DNA of 24,000 bases from positions 190,802-214,801 of the forward strand of contig NZ_LXTW01000003.1 in NCBI RefSeq assembly GCF_001679005.1. The letters run 5' to 3'. The position numbers and the translations under genes are program-made. The first letter of the stretch is position 1; each line of letters begins with the position of its first letter. Shown here piece after piece: positions 16,267 through 24,000 of the stretch. Source of the stretch: Moraxella nonliquefaciens. Its GTDB lineage: Bacteria; Pseudomonadota; Gammaproteobacteria; Pseudomonadales; Moraxellaceae. The notes beneath the pieces were generated by a model, which saw only the letters and a program-made list of their open reading frames with translations, did not search any database and was not told where the DNA came from.

Positions 16267-17433
16267 ATGATGAGTATGATGATTTTTTTAAAGAAAACCC
16301 TCCTGACTTTGGCGTTTTTGACTGGCTCTGTCATAGCCTTTGCCAACGACAGTATCAATCCCCCCACTCAGGACAACGCCGCCTATGTGCTGATGGAATA
16401 TGATACAGGCACGATTCTCGCTCAGAGTAATGCCAACACGCCGCTACCACCAGCATCATTAACCAAGATGATGACCAGTTACATTTTGGAGCAAAAACTG
16501 CTCTCAGGTGAGCTCTCTGAGACCACACCCATCAAAGTGAGCGAGACGGCATGGTGTCGTGGGTCAAGCAGTCAGTCGTGCATGTATGTACCACTTGGCG
16601 AGAGTGCCAATGCTATTGATATGTTGCGTGGCATCATCATACAATCAGGTAATGACGCTTCAATCGCTGTGGCAGAGCATATCTTAGGGTCAGAATCTGC
16701 CTTTGCAGCGATGATGAACGATGAAGCTGCCAAAATTGGCATGACCAATACTCATTTTGTGAATGCCACAGGCATGCCCGCCGAAGGGCATCATTCATCA
16801 GCCCACGATTTGGCGATATTGGCACGCACTGTCATCAAAAACTCAGCACAGTATTACTCCATTTATAGCGAAAAAGATTTCACATATAATAACATCAAAC
16901 AAGGCAATCGTAACGCCTTATTATTTACAGATGCTACCGTGGACGGTCTAAAAACAGGACACACCTTTGAGTCTGGGTATTCACTGGCGGCATCAAGCCA
17001 CAAGGATGGCATGCGTCTGATTGCCATCGTGCTTGGTGCTAAAAGCATGCAGGCAAGAGCCGACCAAGCTCGTGAGTTATTAAACTTTGGCTTTGGGCAT
17101 TTTACTAATGTCGTGGTTGCCACCAGTGGCACAAATGCAGGCAACATCCCTGTCAAGTTTGGCAAAAATAAAACCATCACCGCAAGCACCCTAAGCGACC
17201 TAAAAGTACTGACCACCAAAAATCAAACGAGTCATTTTACCACCGCCATTAGGCTTAATGAAAATATCACCGCTCCCATCAAAAAAGGACAAGAGATCGG
17301 TCAGATGATGGCAATATTAGATGGCAGAACGGTTGCTAGCACTCCCATCATTGCTGATGAAGACGCACAAAGGGCGGGTTTTGTCAGTCGTATGTGGGAG
17401 AGTTTGGTTGATTGGATAAAAGGGTTGTTTTAA
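16267..17433 (+). CDS. D-alanyl-D-alanine carboxypeptidase (PBP5/6 family, peptidase S11)
   Basis: 388 aa. The signal peptide is MIFLKKTLLTLAFLTGSVIAFA. Active-site motifs are SLTK (SxxK), SGN (IIQSGNDAS) and KTG (LKTGHT). A C-terminal PBP5-type beta domain is present. Confidence 0.92.
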   Translation: MMSMMIFLKKTLLTLAFLTGSVIAFANDSINPPTQDNAAYVLMEYDTGTILAQSNANTPLPPASLTKMMTSYILEQKLLSGELSETTPIKVSETAWCRGSSSQSCMYVPLGESANAIDMLRGIIIQSGNDASIAVAEHILGSESAFAAMMNDEAAKIGMTNTHFVNATGMPAEGHHSSAHDLAILARTVIKNSAQYYSIYSEKDFTYNNIKQGNRNALLFTDATVDGLKTGHTFESGYSLAASSHKDGMRLIAIVLGAKSMQARADQARELLNFGFGHFTNVVVATSGTNAGNIPVKFGKNKTITASTLSDLKVLTTKNQTSHFTTAIRLNENITAPIKKGQEIGQMMAILDGRTVASTPIIADEDAQRAGFVSRMWESLVDWIKGLF

Positions 17434-17496
17434 AAATGTTTTAAAAGCATGCTAATTTTAAAAACATTTTAAAATATCTGTCATTTGTCATTAAAA

Positions 17497-17527
17497 ATCG
17501 GAGCATCTCTCCGATTTTTTATTTTTA
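17497..17527. terminator. Rho-independent terminator between convergent dac and nadR-like genes
   Basis: Stem atcggag (17497-17503) with ctccgat (17509-17515) and a 5-nt loop, followed by TTTTTATTTTT. A-run upstream (aaaaa) allows function on the opposite strand too. Confidence 0.6.
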
Positions 17528-17567
17528 CTGCCAAATTAACATGGTGGGCATGTTCTAAGATTTTAAA

Positions 17568-18605
17568 TCATTTTTTAAAAATAACATCATCAATAAATCT
17601 GACCGCCGATAAATATCTGTCGTGATAGTCTTTATCGTTAATAATATGTGGGGTAATTTGATGTTTGTCAAATAATATCATGAGCGTCTTTGAAAAAGCA
17701 CTTCGTTCATCATCTGAGCCTAACGAACGCATGCCATCTGCAACCCATTTGACGTTGTTATCTAGCATGATGGTATGATCCATTTTGATGTTTTCACAAA
17801 ATGCCGTTAATAAAGGGTGAGTACGATTTTCATAAGTCTGACAAAAGGCTTGTGTGGTGATAAAGTCAGTATCAATGATGGTGATGGGGCTAATGGCATT
17901 TTTTAGGGCGTTTTGCATTGCCAGATAATGCTGATTGGCAATGATGGGGTAATCGCTGTATTGCAATCCAATTTCTGTACCACCCAAATCACTATGGTTA
18001 TAAAGCCGTCCCATTTCTGGGACAAAATGTGCACCATAATGATTGGCAAGTTTATGCACAAGTGTGGTTTTTCCAGAACTTTCGCCACCGACGATACAGA
18101 CGGTTTGGGTGTAGTTTTGTTTGGCGGATGGGGCGATGGCGTGAAAATGAGTGATGGGATTTTGATAAATGGCGATGCTGTTATAAGCATTGTTGGGCAA
18201 TGGGGTCATTTGTTGGGTTTGGATTGTCAAAGGGGTATTTGAGAGAAGATGATTGGCAAATGACTGTTTGACAAATAATGTGGGATTGTCATAAATGTGT
18301 AGGGCGTTGATGATAAGGCTGATGACTGATGTGTCAGAATTTGGTTCATCATAAGCCCAAGCTTGCCCATGTAAATCGGTCAAATTTAGACTCTGAGCGG
18401 TATGCACTTTAACAAAGTCAAAAAAACCACATGCCACCTGCACAGCTCTGGCTTTGTCTTGTAGAGTTGGTTTAAAAAGACTGTCGCCATCTTTGGGTAG
18501 TATCACGACATGCAGAGTATCTGTCTGCCCTGTGGCGTGGTTAATGTCTGCTAAATGCCCCAAATGTAGCGGTTCAAAATATCCAATTAGAATGCCTGTT
18601 TTCAT
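17568..18605 (-). CDS. nadR: NadR-like bifunctional NMN adenylyltransferase / ribosylnicotinamide kinase (no N-terminal HTH)
   Basis: 345 aa. The N-terminal nucleotidyltransferase motif is GYFEPLHLGH (GxFxPxHxGH). The central P-loop VCIVGGESSGKTTLVHKLA matches the NadR RNK domain. Confidence 0.8.
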   Translation of the reverse strand: MKTGILIGYFEPLHLGHLADINHATGQTDTLHVVILPKDGDSLFKPTLQDKARAVQVACGFFDFVKVHTAQSLNLTDLHGQAWAYDEPNSDTSVISLIINALHIYDNPTLFVKQSFANHLLSNTPLTIQTQQMTPLPNNAYNSIAIYQNPITHFHAIAPSAKQNYTQTVCIVGGESSGKTTLVHKLANHYGAHFVPEMGRLYNHSDLGGTEIGLQYSDYPIIANQHYLAMQNALKNAISPITIIDTDFITTQAFCQTYENRTHPLLTAFCENIKMDHTIMLDNNVKWVADGMRSLGSDDERSAFSKTLMILFDKHQITPHIINDKDYHDRYLSAVRFIDDVIFKK

Positions 18606-18792
18606 TATGTCTGCTTTTTGTAATGTTAGGTGAAAATGGTAAAATAGAGTAAAAACTCTTGAAAATCATGACGTTGGCTGTTATTCTAATTACCCTTGTT
18701 GGGCATGTCTACCGCCGATGACATTTTTATAAAATATTTTTGATTGCAAAAACCAAAAACAAGCACGTCCCAATGAGCTTTTATCATACTTT

Positions 18793-18828
18793 ATTATACA
18801 ATGATACAAAATTATACAATGATACAAA
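18793..18828. repeat. Perfect 18-bp tandem duplication upstream of the PspC-domain gene
   Basis: attatacaatgatacaaa occurs at 18793-18810 and again at 18811-18828. Each copy contains TACAAT. Confidence 0.85.
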
Positions 18829-18900
18829 TGTATATTATACGCAAATTTGCAAGGTAAATGAAACTAACCAAGCTGGGGTTTTACAAAGTAAGGTTTTATT

Positions 18901-19146
18901 ATGACACAAGCAAAATTATACAAATTACACCGTTCTCGCCATCACTGCATGATAGCAGGGGTAATGGGTGGCATCGCTGAATATTTGGGTTGGTCGCCCA
19001 TGATGGTAAGAATCTTATTTGTCGTCATCTCAACGTTTAGTGTTGCTGTGCCAGGGGTATTGATTTATTTTATCTTATGGATTGTCATGCCCAAGGCGAC
19101 GGCAAATTCATATGTGCCAGAAGCTAACTATCGGCAGGTGCGATAA
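18901..19146 (+). CDS. PspC-domain-containing small membrane protein
   Basis: 81 aa. The PspC-domain signature is LHRSRHHCMIAGVMGGIAEYLGWSPMMVRILFVVISTF...LIYFILWIVMP. TAAGG Shine-Dalgarno lies ~9 nt upstream. Confidence 0.8.
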   Translation: MTQAKLYKLHRSRHHCMIAGVMGGIAEYLGWSPMMVRILFVVISTFSVAVPGVLIYFILWIVMPKATANSYVPEANYRQVR

Positions 19147-19150
19147 CTAT

Positions 19151-19194
19151 AATGATATAACAAGAAATGATATAACAAGAATGACATGACAAGA
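19151..19194. repeat. 15-bp tandem repeat (about 2.9 copies) just downstream of the PspC-domain gene
   Basis: aatgatataacaaga occurs at 19151-19165 and 19166-19180, followed by the degenerate copy atgacatgacaaga at 19181-19194. Confidence 0.85.
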
Positions 19195-19212
19195 CCCATT
19201 TGGCTCGGCGTG

Positions 19213-19260
19213 TGTGATTGGTCATGTGATTAATAACATGATTAATGCCATGATTGATGC
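19213..19260. repeat. Four phased 12-bp degenerate repeats upstream of the htpG promoter
   Basis: The units are tgtgattggtca, tgtgattaataa, catgattaatgc and catgattgatgc. The (G/A)TGATT core recurs at exactly 12-bp spacing (19214, 19226, 19238, 19250). Confidence 0.8.
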
Positions 19261-19275
19261 ATGGGTAAAAAAATC

Positions 19276-19307
19276 CCCTTGAAAAATCCGTCTGCATCCC
19301 TATTTTT
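19276..19307 (+). promoter_or_regulatory. Sigma-32 (RpoH) heat-shock promoter for htpG
   Basis: CCCTTGAAA (19276-19284), 13-bp spacer, CCCTATTTTT (19298-19307). This closely matches the E. coli sigma-32 consensus CCCTTGAA-N13-17-CCCCATnT, and htpG is a classical sigma-32 regulon member. Confidence 0.6.
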
Positions 19308-19344
19308 ATCCTGTTAATTTTTTTAAGCTTAACAGGATATTTTT

Positions 19345-21288
19345 ATGACCGTAAAAAACCACACCTTTGAAACCGAAGTTAATCAGCTTCTACACCTTGT
19401 AACACATTCACTCTACTCAAATCCTGACATATTTATCCGTGAATTGATATCCAATGCCTCTGATGCGTGTGATAAATTACGCTTTTTGGCAACAAGCGAT
19501 GATGCGTTGTATGAAAATGACGGCGAGCTTGCCATTCGTATTGAGATTGACAAAGATGCTAAGACCTTGACCATCAGTGATAATGGCATTGGCATGAATG
19601 AAGCAGAGGTGATTGACCATCTGGGTACGATTGCCAAATCAGGCACCAAAGCCTTTTTGGATAAATTATCAGACGCTGACAAAAAAGATGGCAATCTTAT
19701 TGGACAGTTTGGCGTGGGCTTTTACTCTGGCTTTATCGTGGCGGAAAAAATCACGGTAGAAACTCGTAAAGCTGGCGAGCCAAGCAGTGAGGGCGTACGC
19801 TGGGTATCGGATGGTACAGGCTCCTTTACCACCGAGAGCATTGATAAGCCTGCCCGTGGCACTTGTATCACCTTGCACCTAAAAGATGAATTTGTAGAGC
19901 GTGAAGATGGCGAGTACAGCTACCTTGACCGCTACAAAATCAAGTCTTTGGTAAGTAAATATTCTGACCACATCAGCCTGCCCATTCAAATGCGTAAAGA
20001 GGTATGGCAAGAAGATGCCAACCAAGATGACAATGACGAGAATGCTCCTGTGCCAAACGGCGAGATGATTGTAACGGACGAATGGGAAACCATCAATAAA
20101 GCATCTGCTCTATGGACACGCACGCCAAGCGAGATTGATGATGATGAGTACAGTGAATTTTATAAGACAGTGAGTTATGATTTTGATGAACCACTCACCT
20201 GGACGCACAACCGAGTAGAGGGGCGTGTGCAGTACACTCAGCTCCTATATATCCCCAAAAAAGCTCCGTTTGACCTATATGCCCGCGAGCAACAACGTGG
20301 ACTAAAACTCTATGTCAAGCGTGTGTTTATCATGGATGATGCCGAGCAGCTGCTGCCCATGTACCTGCGTTTTGTCAAGGGTGTGATTGACAGTGCTGAT
20401 TTACCGCTGAACGTCAGCCGTGAGATTTTGCAAGAGTCTCGTGATGTCAAATCTATCCGTGAGGGCAATGCCCGCCGTGTGCTGACTTTATTGGCAAGCT
20501 TGGCTAATAGTGAAGATGAGACCAAACAAGCCAAATTTGCCGACTTCTACCGAGAGTTTGGCGATGTCATCAAAGAGGGTTTGGGCGAAGATCAGACCAA
20601 CCAAGAGCGTATTGCCAAACTGCTCCGTTATGCCACAAGTACCAATGATGCCATTGAGACAAGTTTTGCCGATTATAAAGCACGCATGAAAGATGGGCAA
20701 AAGGCAATTTATTATCTGACCGCTGATAACTTAGTCTCTGCCAAAAACAGTCCACAGTTAGAACTGTTTAACAAAAAAGGCATTGAGGTTATCCTAATGA
20801 CCTCAAAAGTGGACGAATGGGCGATGAACTTTTTGAGCAAATTTGACGGCACGCCACTACAAAACATCGCAAAAGGTGCGGTGGATTTGGGGGATTTGAC
20901 TGATGAAGCTGAAAAAGAAGAGGTTAAAAAGCAAGAAGAGGTCTTTAAACCTGTGGTAGAGCGTCTAAAAGGCGTGCTTGATGGGCGAGCCAAAGACGTG
21001 CGAGTAACGAGCCGTCTGGTGGACTCTCCTGCCTGCCTTGTTGTGGGTGATGGTGAGCTGACCCCACAAATGGCTCAAATGCTAAAAGCGATGGGGCAAC
21101 CTGTGCCTGACATCAAACCCACGCTTGAAATTAATCCGACGCATCCGCTGATTGCACGTTTAGAAGATGGTGGCGATTTTGATGATTTGGCACAAGTTAT
21201 CTTTGACCAAGCCCTAATTGCAGACGGCGGACAGCCTGATGACCCAGCAGGGTATTTAAAGCGGGTTAATAAATTGTTGTTAAAATAA
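19345..21288 (+). CDS. htpG: Molecular chaperone HtpG (Hsp90)
   Basis: 647 aa. The GHKL ATPase N-terminus is [40 protein letters not shown]...DNGIGM...GQFGVGFYS. Conserved middle and C-terminal domains are present. Confidence 0.97.
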   Translation: MTVKNHTFETEVNQLLHLVTHSLYSNPDIFIRELISNASDACDKLRFLATSDDALYENDGELAIRIEIDKDAKTLTISDNGIGMNEAEVIDHLGTIAKSGTKAFLDKLSDADKKDGNLIGQFGVGFYSGFIVAEKITVETRKAGEPSSEGVRWVSDGTGSFTTESIDKPARGTCITLHLKDEFVEREDGEYSYLDRYKIKSLVSKYSDHISLPIQMRKEVWQEDANQDDNDENAPVPNGEMIVTDEWETINKASALWTRTPSEIDDDEYSEFYKTVSYDFDEPLTWTHNRVEGRVQYTQLLYIPKKAPFDLYAREQQRGLKLYVKRVFIMDDAEQLLPMYLRFVKGVIDSADLPLNVSREILQESRDVKSIREGNARRVLTLLASLANSEDETKQAKFADFYREFGDVIKEGLGEDQTNQERIAKLLRYATSTNDAIETSFADYKARMKDGQKAIYYLTADNLVSAKNSPQLELFNKKGIEVILMTSKVDEWAMNFLSKFDGTPLQNIAKGAVDLGDLTDEAEKEEVKKQEEVFKPVVERLKGVLDGRAKDVRVTSRLVDSPACLVVGDGELTPQMAQMLKAMGQPVPDIKPTLEINPTHPLIARLEDGGDFDDLAQVIFDQALIADGGQPDDPAGYLKRVNKLLLK

Positions 21289-21313
21289 TCCGCTCTGACA
21301 CATAAAGACACAT

Positions 21314-21350
21314 AAACCACTAAGGGAGGTCTTAGTGGTTTATTTGGGTT
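21314..21350. terminator. Rho-independent terminator between convergent htpG and bioD
   Basis: Perfect 11-bp stem, aaaccactaag (21314-21324) with cttagtggttt (21331-21341), and a 6-nt loop, followed by atttgggttatttt. Confidence 0.65.
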
Positions 21351-21385
21351 ATTTTGTATGATTGAACATCAAGCGTTAAGCCAAA

Positions 21386-22066
21386 TCATATGTTTAACTT
21401 AGGAATCTCCCACCAAAGGGCATCACTGTGATGGGCTTTGAGATACTCTTGCAAATACTGTTTGGTATCGCTTGCAATCATTTCATCATCGCCATCATCG
21501 GCTTGATTATACGCCAGTGCGTACAGGTGTATGCCATAAGCTTTTAGGGCGTTTAAGCTTAGCAGAGTATGGTTAATACTGCCAAGCCTGCCAGAGCTTA
21601 CCAAAATCACAGGATAATTTTGATTGGCGATATAATCAATCATCAGCCCACCTTTAACATCATCTGTCATTGGCACCATCAAACCGCCCGCCCCTTCAAT
21701 CAGCACGATCTCATAAGCCTCTGCCAGTTGTTTGGTGCATGCCAAAAGATGGCTAACATCTACCGATACGCCATCCATCTTGCTTGCCAAATGTGGCGAT
21801 GCAGGGTAGCTTAGTATCAAAGGCATTGTTAGGTGCGTCTCATCATCAGGCAACATGCCCACGCCCATCATCTGTCGGTGCTTAATAATGTCTTCGCTTA
21901 GCTTGATATTGCCAGTTTGGATAAGTTTTTGGGTGATAACCGTTCGCCCATTCTTTAAAAGCTGGCAGGCGATATGACCTGTTGCGATGGTTTTACCAAT
22001 GTTAGTATCAATACCGCTAATGAAATAACTGCCTTGCATTTGGTGAAGATTGGGTAATGTGGTCAT
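21386..22066 (-). CDS. bioD: Dethiobiotin synthase BioD
   Basis: 226 aa. The P-loop is FISGIDTNIGKT (GTDTxVGKT-type), with EGAGG downstream. It overlaps bioC by ATGA. Confidence 0.93.
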   Translation of the reverse strand: MTTLPNLHQMQGSYFISGIDTNIGKTIATGHIACQLLKNGRTVITQKLIQTGNIKLSEDIIKHRQMMGVGMLPDDETHLTMPLILSYPASPHLASKMDGVSVDVSHLLACTKQLAEAYEIVLIEGAGGLMVPMTDDVKGGLMIDYIANQNYPVILVSSGRLGSINHTLLSLNALKAYGIHLYALAYNQADDGDDEMIASDTKQYLQEYLKAHHSDALWWEIPKLNI

Positions 22067-22920
22067 AAAGATAAACTCATTGGTTTCATTGGTTTATGAG
22101 CAACAAAAAGTAGCGGCCGATAAGTCAAGGTATAACCTGCATCGGTATGAAATTGTTGATAGTTTTGACAAAACTTTGCCAAACTTTGCTTGCTCCAACA
22201 TGCCTGCTCTGTGCCAACTGCTGTCACGCCTGTTGCTTTTAGGTGTCTTAGCACCGCCATCGGAGAGTCAAAATAAAGCACTTGCTCATCTGCCTTAAAC
22301 TCATCAATCATAAAACCTGCTTGATTTAAACGCACCATCAGCTGTTTTGGCGTATCATAGGGTAGCCCTCGCCCTGTCAATGCTTGTATTTCAGATAAAT
22401 TACCCTCAACAAAAGTACTGGCAGCAAAAAATCCGCCAGCTGTTAAAGTCTGAAAAACCCTCTTAAATAGCACATCTGGCGGATAAATCCATTGCAGTGC
22501 AGAAGATGAAATCACACCATCTAAGGTTTTTGGCAAATCAATCATCCCAATATCACCGATCAGATAATTGGCATCAATATCCTTTGGCAGTGCATTGGTT
22601 TGGATATTATCATACAAATCATTTAAATACAGTGTATCAACGCTAAAATGTTCAAATAAAGCATCGGTTAAAAGACCACTGCCAACGCCAATTTCAAGCA
22701 ATCTTGATATGTGTTTATGTTGTTTGACCTGACAAGGTTGCATGTCAGTATTTTTGGTATTACAAGCTTTAACCATCTTTGCTTTAACCATCTTTAAAGA
22801 GGCGATAAGCTGTCTTGCCATCTTCGCCTGAACGGTTGCATGAGTGCGATAGCTTTGATGGGCTTTGCAAAACCTTTGGGCGATTTTATTGGGATTTGAT
22901 GATAAAGCGGATTTTGTCAT
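22063..22920 (-). CDS. bioC: Malonyl-ACP O-methyltransferase BioC
   Basis: 285 aa. The BioC N-terminal signature is IAQRFCKAHQSYRTHATVQAKMARQL, the SAM motif is LLEIGVGSGLLT, and LTYRPLLFVAHK lies at the C-terminus. It sits between bioF and bioD with 4-nt overlaps. Confidence 0.88.
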   Translation of the reverse strand: MTKSALSSNPNKIAQRFCKAHQSYRTHATVQAKMARQLIASLKMVKAKMVKACNTKNTDMQPCQVKQHKHISRLLEIGVGSGLLTDALFEHFSVDTLYLNDLYDNIQTNALPKDIDANYLIGDIGMIDLPKTLDGVISSSALQWIYPPDVLFKRVFQTLTAGGFFAASTFVEGNLSEIQALTGRGLPYDTPKQLMVRLNQAGFMIDEFKADEQVLYFDSPMAVLRHLKATGVTAVGTEQACWSKQSLAKFCQNYQQFHTDAGYTLTYRPLLFVAHKPMKPMSLSL

Positions 22921-24000
22921 TTACTCTCACCTCTGACGATTTGAGTAAGCACTTGGGTAAACTTTGTCATTGTATCATCATTAATGGTACTATTTAAACA
23001 AATTCGCAACCGTGATTGCCCTTTTGGTACGGTTGGTGGGCGTACAGCCAGCACATGATAGCCTTGTCTGCCCAAATCAGCGGCGGCATTTAGCGTACGA
23101 GCATTATCACCCAATATGATGGGAATGATTTGACTGGCAGAGGGGCATGGCAGCTTTGCCAGCCGAACCACTTTTGATAAATCATCACTAAGTTTCATCA
23201 GATGCTTACGCCTTTGGTTCATCAAAGGTATTTGCTCTAAAATAAAACAGCTCCAAGCAATGTTAATGGGCGGTAAAGCGGTACTAAAAATCAAAGGACG
23301 CATTTTATTAATCAGATAATCACGCAAAATGGGATGGCAAATACAGTACCCGCCAACCGATGCCAATGCTTTTCCAAATGCACCGACAATAAAATCAACT
23401 TGATTGATGACGCCATATTCTTCCACACAGCCCAAACCACGCCCACCTCTAACACCGATGGCGTGGGCTTCATCAACATAAAGCATCACCTTTGGGTATT
23501 GTGCCTTTAAATGGCTAAGATGGGATAAATTTGTGATATCGCCATCCATGCTAAAAATACTTTCGGTAACGACAATGATACGACAAATGCCATTATCTGA
23601 TTGATATTTTTGGATTAATCTTTCAAGCTGGGGGAGATTTTGATGTTGATAGCGGATGGTTTTGGTGCCATGTTTGGCAGCCAATTGCATCCCATCAATG
23701 ATGCTGGCATGAACCAATTTATCCGCCAAAATCACCGTTTTGTCATCACAAATGGCAGGTAGGATGCCAATATTGGCATGATAACCGCTATTAAATAATA
23801 AGCAAGGGCGACCAAATAATGCGGCCATTTTGGTCTCTAATCGCTCAAAATTTTCAAAATTCCCTGTCAATAATCTAGAAGAAGACGCACTAAACGGCCA
23901 ACGCTGTTCATGCAGCAGCTCTAAGAATTCTTCATAAAGTGATGCTTGGCTAGCAATGCCCAAATAATCATTGCTGGCTAAATTGAGCAAAGGCTTGCTG
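22917..24000 (-). CDS. bioF: 8-amino-7-oxononanoate synthase BioF (5' end lies beyond the window)
   Basis: The frame stays open to the window edge (…SKPLLNLASNDYLGIA). The PLP-enzyme motifs are SMDGD, DEAHAIG and the PLP-lysine context GAFGKALASVGGY. The TTG 'start' at 23990 in the ORF track is internal. Confidence 0.93.
   Translation of the reverse strand, partial: SKPLLNLASNDYLGIASQASLYEEFLELLHEQRWPFSASSSRLLTGNFENFERLETKMAALFGRPCLLFNSGYHANIGILPAICDDKTVILADKLVHASIIDGMQLAAKHGTKTIRYQHQNLPQLERLIQKYQSDNGICRIIVVTESIFSMDGDITNLSHLSHLKAQYPKVMLYVDEAHAIGVRGGRGLGCVEEYGVINQVDFIVGAFGKALASVGGYCICHPILRDYLINKMRPLIFSTALPPINIAWSCFILEQIPLMNQRRKHLMKLSDDLSKVVRLAKLPCPSASQIIPIILGDNARTLNAAADLGRQGYHVLAVRPPTVPKGQSRLRICLNSTINDDTMTKFTQVLTQIVRGESK

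Noticed and set aside
17434-17472. AT-only imperfect inverted repeat (aaaatgttttaaaa...ttttaaaaacatttt) after the dac gene.
   Set aside because: The stem would be almost entirely A:T and is imperfect. The GC-containing hairpin at 17497-17515 is the better terminator candidate.

Overview
The window looks like a chromosomal segment from an AT-leaning gammaproteobacterium. The gene content and protein sequences suggest Moraxellaceae, but I cannot verify that here. Most of it is housekeeping. In order: tRNA-Val(GAC); type IV pilus pilC-pilD (minus strand, no pilB beside them); recG; a two-gene module made of a 16-repeat leucine-rich-repeat (LRR) protein and a protein fusing a single-HKD phospholipase-D/Nuc-like domain to a C-terminal J domain; an RND efflux pair (adaptor plus pump) with no outer-membrane factor or regulator; an IS607-family element (serine-recombinase TnpA plus a frameshifted TnpB) inserted between the convergent RND pump and ruvB; a hypothetical secreted protein; a PBP5/6-type DD-carboxypeptidase; a NadR-like NMN adenylyltransferase/ribosylnicotinamide kinase; a small PspC-domain membrane protein flanked by short tandem repeats; htpG behind a near-consensus sigma-32 promoter; and bioF(partial)-bioC-bioD on the minus strand. 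The best candidate for something undescribed is the LRR + HKD-nuclease/J-domain operon at 5166-7959. It is AT-richer than its flanks, has its own promoter and tightly coupled genes, and combines domains that do not match any named system I know. That novelty claim is inference and needs homology and neighbourhood searches. The IS607 TnpB frameshift, its predicted omega RNA region and the repeat structures around pspC/htpG are secondary leads.
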